From Diploschistes diacapsis (Eukaryota): DNA of 43,691 bases. Position 1 is the stretch's first letter, and every line of letters begins with the position of its first letter. The DNA is taken from NCBI GenBank assembly GCA_023645945.1, contig JALAIB010000033.1, forward strand, positions 1 through 43,691, written 5' to 3'. Below, piece by piece: positions 36,539 through 43,691 of the stretch. The notes beneath the pieces are model-generated. The model was not told the origin of the DNA, made no database searches, and saw only the letters and a list, made by a program, of their open reading frames with translations. Both the position numbers and the translations under genes were made by a program.

Positions 36539-38846
36539 ATGGCTCCCAGCTTTGCGAACCTCGCCGAGGACCCAGACTTTGACTCTGACGAAGAAATCGA
36601 CTTCTCAGACCTGCGGGCACAGCATGAGGTCCGCATGGAACAAGGCTTGGACACCTTCGTGGTTGTCGACGGTCTGCCCAGAGTTCCAGAAGAGAGCAAG
36701 CAAAAGCTTGTAAAGTTCCTGCTCAAGAAGTTGATGGCTGCTGGTTCGACGACAGAAGATGCCATCTTCATGCCCATGAACGACGAGAATATGTCCGAAG
36801 GGTAGGTGCGCATACGCCAGCCTTCCGGGTATTGCTAATACTCATAGATTCGCTTTCGTGGAATACGAAACACCAGAGCAGGCCATGCACGCCATCAAGC
36901 TCCTTCACGGCACACCACTGGACAGGAGGCACACCATCGCGGTCAATAAGATTACTGACATCGAGCGCTACGGTAGAGAAGGTAGGGTGGACGAAGAGTA
37001 CCATCCCCCCGAGATCGAGCCTTTTGTGGAGAAGGAGCATCTGCGGTGGTATGTCGGCGAGCCTAGTGGACGAGACCAGTTCGTGATGCATCGTGGCGAC
37101 CAGGTCGGCGTCTTCTGGAACCGGAAGAAGGATAGTCCGGAGAATATTGTCGATCGTTTAGGCTGGACAGAGAGGTTCGTCACGTGGTCACCACTGGGAA
37201 CATATCTTGCGACCATCCACAGGAGAGGGGTGCAGCTCTGGGGCGGTCAGTCATGGTCGAGGCAAATGCGATTCCCTCATCCACTGTGCGACCTGATCGA
37301 CTTCTCGCCTGGTGAAGAATATATCTGCACATGGTCGTTCAAGCCCATCGAAGTCGAAGAAGACGATCCAATCCTTACACTGGACGAAGAAGGCAAGAAC
37401 TACATTATTTGGGACGTCGCGAAAGGGAAGCCTCTGAGATCCTTTGCGACGCATGATCTGCCCGGACCAACGGTAGATGATCAAGGCAACCCAGTGAAAA
37501 GGAGGATCCCGTGGCCGGCTTTCAAATGGTCGGCTGACGACAAATACGTTGCTCGCATGCTCGAAGGACAGTCCATTTCGGTCTACGAGCTACCCAAGAT
37601 GAACCTCCTTGACAAAACCACGATCAAGATCGAAGGGGTGAAAGACTTCGAGTGGGCGCCAGCGACAGCCCAGCGGGAAGGGATCAAGACCTATGAGCAG
37701 CTTTTCTGCTACTGGACCCCTGAAATTGGCAGCAATCCTGCGAGGGTTGGACTTATGAGCATACCATCAAAAGAGATTGTGCGGACACGGAACTTGTTCA
37801 ACGTAACAGATGCGAAACTGCACTGGCAATCTCAGGGTGGCTATGTGTGCATCAAAGTTGACAGGCATTCGAAATCCAAGAAGCCATTGAATACTAATCT
37901 TGAGATTTTCCGTGTTCGAGAAAAAGGCGTTCCAGTCGAGGTTGTTGACTCCATCAAGGATCACGTCATCAATTTTGCATGGGAGCCCAAAGGAGATAGA
38001 TTCGTTATCATTACTACGCCAGAACTTATCACTTCTGCTGCCGTGCCGCCTAAGACGTCCGTAGCCTTCTTCTGCCCGGAAAAAGTCAAGGGTTCTGGAG
38101 TAGGGAACTTTAAGCATATCCGGACGGTAGAGAAAAAGAATAGTAACGGTATCTATTGGTCGCCCAAGGGTCGCTTTGTCGTTGTAGCAACCATTGCCTC
38201 GGGCCAGGGCTGCGATCTCGACTTTTGGGATCTGGACTTCGAAGGCGATAAGCCCGAGACTGAGAAGGATCTTACAGCAAACCTTCAATTAATGGCTTCA
38301 AGCGATCACTACGGCGTTACAGACGTCGATTGGGACCCAACTGGACGTTATGTCATGTCTAGCGGAAGCATGCTTCGCCAGCAAGTAAGCTCATTTCACT
38401 TAGTTCATTAACGTAAATGCTAATTTGCCTAGATTGAACATGGATACCATCTTTACGACTTCAAAGGCGAACTGCTGCGCGAAGAGCACATTGACAAGCT
38501 AAAGCAGATGATTTGGCGTCCACGTCCACCAACCTTTCTCTCGAAGGACCAACAGAGACAAATACGTCGGAATCTACGTGAATTCAGCAGGGACTTTGAG
38601 GAGGAAGACCGGATCGCAGACGATAAAGAAAAATGGGAAGTTGTCGAACATAGGAGACGCCTGTTGAGCGAATGGCTGGCCTGGAGAGAACAGGAGATGG
38701 AGGATCTCAAGGCTGAGCGGGAGGAGATGGGCCTACCAGAAGAGCCGGAGGAGATGGCAGGGGCAGGTGCGGACAATGAGGCTGCGAAGGTCGTAGAGGA
38801 GATTGTTGAAGAGATTGTCGATGAGACGGAAGAAATTATAGGATAA
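36539..38846 (+). CDS. PRT1: Translation initiation factor 3 subunit B. Exons 36539-36801, 36848-38384, 38433-38846
   Basis: RRM ([25 protein letters not shown]), beta-propeller motifs ([32 protein letters not shown]) and [17 protein letters not shown]. Introns 36802-36847 and 38385-38432. Confidence 0.95.
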
Positions 38847-39309
38847 AGCGCAATAGGGTAATTTTTTGTTGCCGTTAGCTTGAGTGTAAAACACACAATT
38901 CATAAACATACTCATTTATAGGTATGAGAATTACATACGAGAAGCTTCCAGTGAGAACTACTTAGCGCAACAGCAACAATGCTTTGTAACACTGTAATAC
39001 CGTTCCAGTTGCTCATTAAGAATGAATTACCCCTTCCAGACATGAGACTCAAAAGAGAGAAGATTAGCGCCGATTTGAGGTTCTATCAGGTCGCGCTAAA
39101 AGTCCCTATCGGTGCGGATCATCTAGCGGCAAGCCGAGGTCATCCTGGGAAAAGTTTTGGGAAAAGGCCACGTTGAAGCCACTCAACTGCCAAGTAGTCA
39201 ATACCAGTCGTATCGCCTCATTCGTGAGCGCCCATTCTTTTCATTCTTTAGCAGATTGGTGGTTTTGTGAATCTGAAAGTAGCATCTCCATTAGTTGCAC
39301 GTTGGAGTC

Positions 39310-42300
39310 ATGGAGTCCGCATTTTTGGCCTCTCCGCAGGAAGCTCTCAAGCGCTTCCAGGTTAGCGAGAAGCAAGGTCTATCCGATACGCAAGTCAGGG
39401 AGTCGACAGCGAAGCATGGTCGTAATGGTAAGCAACCGAAGCATCTTTCTTTGATCGCTGTTAAGAGTCGCTCGCAGCGCTGCCCGAAGACCCACCAACG
39501 CCGCTCTGGGAACTTGTTCTCGAGCAATTCAAGGATCAACTGGTGGTCATCTTGCTCGGCTCGGCAGCTGTTTCATTTGTACTTGCACTTTTCGACCGCG
39601 AGGAAGGTTGGACGGCGTTTGTCGATCCTCTAGTTGTATGTACGCCTGACGCAGGGCTGGTCTGCTGGCGCTAAGTCTTTGATAGATCCTTACTATCCTC
39701 ATCCTTAACGCGATCGTCGGTGTTCAGCAAGAAAGCAGCGCAGAGAAAGCGATCGCAGCCCTCCAAGAGTACTCTGCGAATGAAGCGACCGTCATACGCA
39801 ATGGCAGCATACACCGCGTCAGGGCTGAGGATTTAGTTCCTGGGGACGTCATCTCTGTCGCCGTCGGAGACAGGATCCCGGCCGACTGCAGGCTTCTGGC
39901 TATTCAAAGTAACAGCTTCCAAGTCGATCAAGCCCTTTTGACCGGCGAAAGTGAGAGTGTTGGCAAAGAGACTCGGGCAATCTCGGATCCTCGTGCTGTG
40001 AAGCAGGATCAGATCAACATGCTGTTTTCGGGAACGACCGTGGTCACTGGGCATGCGACAGCTTTGGTTGTTCTTACCGGGCCCAAGACCGCGATTGGCG
40101 ACATTCACGAGAGCATTACGTCCCAGATCTCGGAACCCACGCCCCTGAAGCAAAAGCTGAATGATTTCGGAGACCTTCTTGCAAAAGTCATCACTGTCAT
40201 TTGTATCTTAGTATGGCTGATCAACATTCCTCATTTCGCGGATCCGTCGCACGGCGGCTGGGCCAAAGGCGCCATTTACTATCTGAAGATTGCTGTCTCC
40301 CTGGGCGTGGCCGCTATTCCTGAAGGTCTGGCCGTTGTCATTACAACGTGTCTTGCGCTAGGTACGCGGAAGATGGCTGCAAAGAATGCGGTGGTCCGAA
40401 GCCTCCCATCGGTCGAGACCTTGGGCAGCTGCAGTGTCATTTGCTCCGACAAGACCGGCACCCTTACTACAAATCAGATGAGCGTCAACCGTTTGTTGCT
40501 GCTCGAGGAGTCCGGCACCAGCCTGAGAGAAATCGACGTGGAAGGCACGACATTTGCCCCTGAAGGCAGCCTTACTCTAAGTGGAAAACAGCTGCAAAAT
40601 CCGGCCGCTTCCTCGGCTACCATTCTCAGGCTGGCCGAAGTCTCAGCTCTATGTAACGAAGCAAAGCTGTCATTCGACTCCAAGACCCGCAACTATAGTA
40701 TTATTGGAGAACCTACTGAAGGAGCTCTCCGTGTCCTGGTGGAGAAGATCGGAACGCCAGAAGCTGCTATAAACCAGCAAGCCCGAGGCTTGGCCGCATA
40801 CGACAAGCTTCATCACGCCAGCGGGTACTACGAGCAAAAGTGCAGTGTTGAATCGATCTATGAATTCTCGCGTGACCGCAAAAGCATGTCCGTTCTAGCG
40901 AAACAGAATGGCAAGTACCGGTTGCTGGCCAAAGGTGCGCCCGAAACAATCATTGAACGATGCACCCACGCAATGGTTGGACAAGATGGTCGGAGAGTAA
41001 CCATGGATAGCAAAATGTCGCGCCTCCTTTCCCAGGAAGTCGTAGAATACGGCAACCGAGGATTGAGGGTCATAGCACTAGCGTCTATTGAGGATCTTTC
41101 TCCTTCAAACTTGCACAGCACTGCCAAGACTACGGAAGAGTACGCCCGGATCGAGCAGAAGATGACTTTCATCGGTCTTGTATCCATGTTGGACCCTCCG
41201 CGACCGGAAGTGGCCGAATCAATAAGAAAGTGCAGGTCGGCCGGCATTCGCATTGTGGTTATCACGGGAGACAACAAGAACACCGCAGAAACCATTTGCC
41301 GTCAGATAGGCATCTTCGGAGACAAGGAAGATCTTTCAGGCAAAAGCTATTCCGGCCGAGAGTTTGATTCTCTGAGCGAAAGTGAAAAAATGAAGGCGGC
41401 TAGCACCGCCTCGCTCTTCTCGAGGGTAGAGCCAACCCACAAGTCGAAACTCGTGGATCTGCTTCAGTCTGCCGGGGAGGTTGTCGCCATGACTGGAGAC
41501 GGCGTGAACGATGCACCCGCACTCAAGAAGTCCGACATCGGCGTGGCAATGGGATCCGGAACAGATGTTGCCAGGCTGGCAGCAGACATGATTCTTGCAG
41601 ATGACAACTTTGCTACCATTGAAGTCGCAGTAGAGGAGGGGCGCTCGATCTACAACAACACCCAGCAGTTCATCCGCTATCTGATTTCGTCCAACATTGG
41701 CGAGGTGGTGTCTATCTTCTTGACTGCCGCGGCTGGCATGCCCGAGGCTCTGATTCCCGTCCAGCTGTTGTGGGTCAACCTTGTTACTGATGGCCTTCCC
41801 GCCACTGCTCTCTCCTTCAACCCTCCAGACCACGACGTTATGAGGAGACCGCCTCGCAAGCGAGATGAAGCTCTTGTTGGTGGATGGCTGTTTTTCAGGT
41901 ACATGGTCATCGGTATTTATGTCGGTGTTGCGACAGTATTTGGATATGCCTGGTGGTTCATGTTCAAGGCTGAGGGCCCGCAAATCTCGTTCTGGCAACT
42001 GGTGGGTGCTATCCGACGCGCAGCTGAATATGCACTAATGAAGGCCAGACACATTTCCACCGCTGCTCCTCCTCATTCCCAGAGATTGGATGCGAGATGT
42101 TTACTAACGATAGCGCCAAGGCTGCCTCAACCGTCTCGCTTTCCATGTAAGGTTTCTTGACCATTGTATGCTGGATTCATCTAACAGCGGTAGTCTCGTC
42201 GTCATTGAGATGTTCAACGCCATGAATGCACTGTCGTCAAGCGAGTCGCTGCTTACCCTACCGCTCTGGAACAACATGATTCTCGTCTATGCCATCACGT

Positions 42301-42550
42301 TGTCAATGGCTCTGCACTTTGGCATTCTCTACACACCCTTCTTGCAGGGGCTGTTCTCCATCGTTCCGCTGAACTGGAACGAGTGGCAGGCGGTCTTGAC
42401 TATCAGTCTGCCAGTTATGTAAGCTTCACGACTCCTTTTCTATACTATTCAATACTGATATCCCGCAGCTTCATAGACGAAGGGCTAAAGTTTGTAGAGA
42501 GGCAGTTCTTCCTGCCCAAAGCCATGGAAGAGCGGAAAAAGAAGGAATGA
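39310..42550 (+). CDS. SERCA-type (P2A) Ca2+-transporting P-type ATPase. Exons 39310-39427, 39478-39635, 39686-42001, 42049-42146, 42194-42418, 42469-42550
   Basis: [26 protein letters not shown], phosphorylation motif [58 protein letters not shown] and IEMFNAMN. Five GT-AG introns. Confidence 0.95.
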
Positions 42551-42753
42551 AAAGCTTGTCCCCGCCGTTAGAGCCATAGATTAGGTAGATACAATGTAAA
42601 TGTACAGAAGATTGTCAGTCATAGCATGCAAGTCGCTTTTGGAAACTTGATCAAAGATCCTGCTGTTGCACTAATCCGTCTTTTGAAATATGATGCTATC
42701 CCATAAGCTCCGACGCCGTAACTGTATGTATGTATGCATGCATGCCTTGCCCC

Positions 42754-43545
42754 CTAATCTTGTCTCCCCTTCAACAACCTCTTCGTAACCTTGTCCTTCT
42801 CAATGATGTACACATGCGCGCCCCAACCCGACAGCGCGTCCCGATCGACGGCGTTCAGCAGCGCCTGGGAGATGGTTTCGAAGAGCTCGTCCGGTCCCTA
42901 TCGCACCGCACCGCACTGGTCAGCGCTCTCTACTTTCTCTCGAACAACGTTCTTCCTCCGTCCGATACGCCCACCCTTCCACTCCCTCCAACGCAGTCGC
43001 CCAACAAACAAGCCCGACCAAAGCCCAAGGCCCAAAAATTCAAAGGGAGCGACGAAAACAACCCACCCCCCCCAAAAAAAAACAAAAACATACCAAGTCC
43101 TCCTCCCAAAGCGCCTCGCAAGTCCCAAACAACTGCTCGCTCGCGGTGCCCGAGACAATAAAATCCTTGGCGAAGTCGATGCAGCCGATACTGTCGAAGC
43201 CGCAGATGAAGGGCTTCCCGTCCGTGCGATTGATGCCGGCGACGACGGGGCTCACGAAGAAGGGGCCGAACCGGCGCTCGTACAGGCTGCTGGACACGAG
43301 GTTCGCCATGGTCTGCGGCGAGATGGCGCGCTCCTCGCGCAGCCGGTACAGGTTCACCTTGTAGCGGAACAGGTCCGACACCGTCGTCACGTCGGTCGCG
43401 AGCCCCGTCAGCCCCAGGTACACGTCGCCGTACTGGAAGATCTTCGGGAAGTTGTTGCTGACCGTCAGCGACTGCAGGCCCAGCCGCAGGTCGCAGGCGA
43501 TGGCGACGCAGGAGCGGCCGGTCATGGCGACGCAGGCTCCGCCGT
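42754..43545 (-). CDS. PUP3: 20S proteasome subunit beta-3, 5'-partial (upstream exon beyond window). Exons 43545-43094 and 42897-42754
   Basis: [75 protein letters not shown] and [34 protein letters not shown]. Intron 43093-42898; the upstream intron acceptor is at 43548-43546. Confidence 0.95.
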
Positions 43546-43691
43546 CTGGAAAAGGGGGGGGAAGGAGGGGGTTAATGGGTGTAGCGGACTTGGGGATGCG
43601 GAGGAGCATGGAGAGAAGGAAATGGCGGGGAGGATCGGGTTGTTCTTTATGGAAGGGGAGCGGGATTTGGGGAAAGGGAAGGAGGAGGAGG

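Overview
Gene-dense, intron-containing fungal genomic DNA from a filamentous ascomycete (Pezizomycotina-type genes; mostly 45-90 nt GT-AG introns with CTRAY branch points). Genes in order: (1) TBC/Rab-GAP gene (-, 3' end runs off the window); (2) complete 10-exon telomerase reverse transcriptase TERT (-); (3-4) a divergent siderophore pair, L-ornithine N5-monooxygenase sidA (-) and an intronless 3606-aa ferrichrome-family NRPS (+); (5) RhoGEF-BAR-SH3 gene (-); (6) intronless secreted GH18 endo-beta-N-acetylglucosaminidase of bacterial Endo H type (-); (7) WD40-cyclophilin PPWD1/cyp15 (+); (8) DEK_C-SWIB protein (-, one GC-AG intron); (9) eIF3b/PRT1 (+); (10) SERCA-type Ca2+-ATPase (+); (11) proteasome beta-3 PUP3 (-, 5' end off the window). 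Two observations stand out. The Endo H-like gene looks horizontally acquired from bacteria and given eukaryotic expression signals. The siderophore NRPS has a reduced architecture (half-C-A-T-C-A-T-C-T-C-T-C; 2 A and 4 T domains), which implies iterative module use or a non-canonical siderophore. Exon boundaries were read by eye, and similarities to named proteins are from memory, not from searches.
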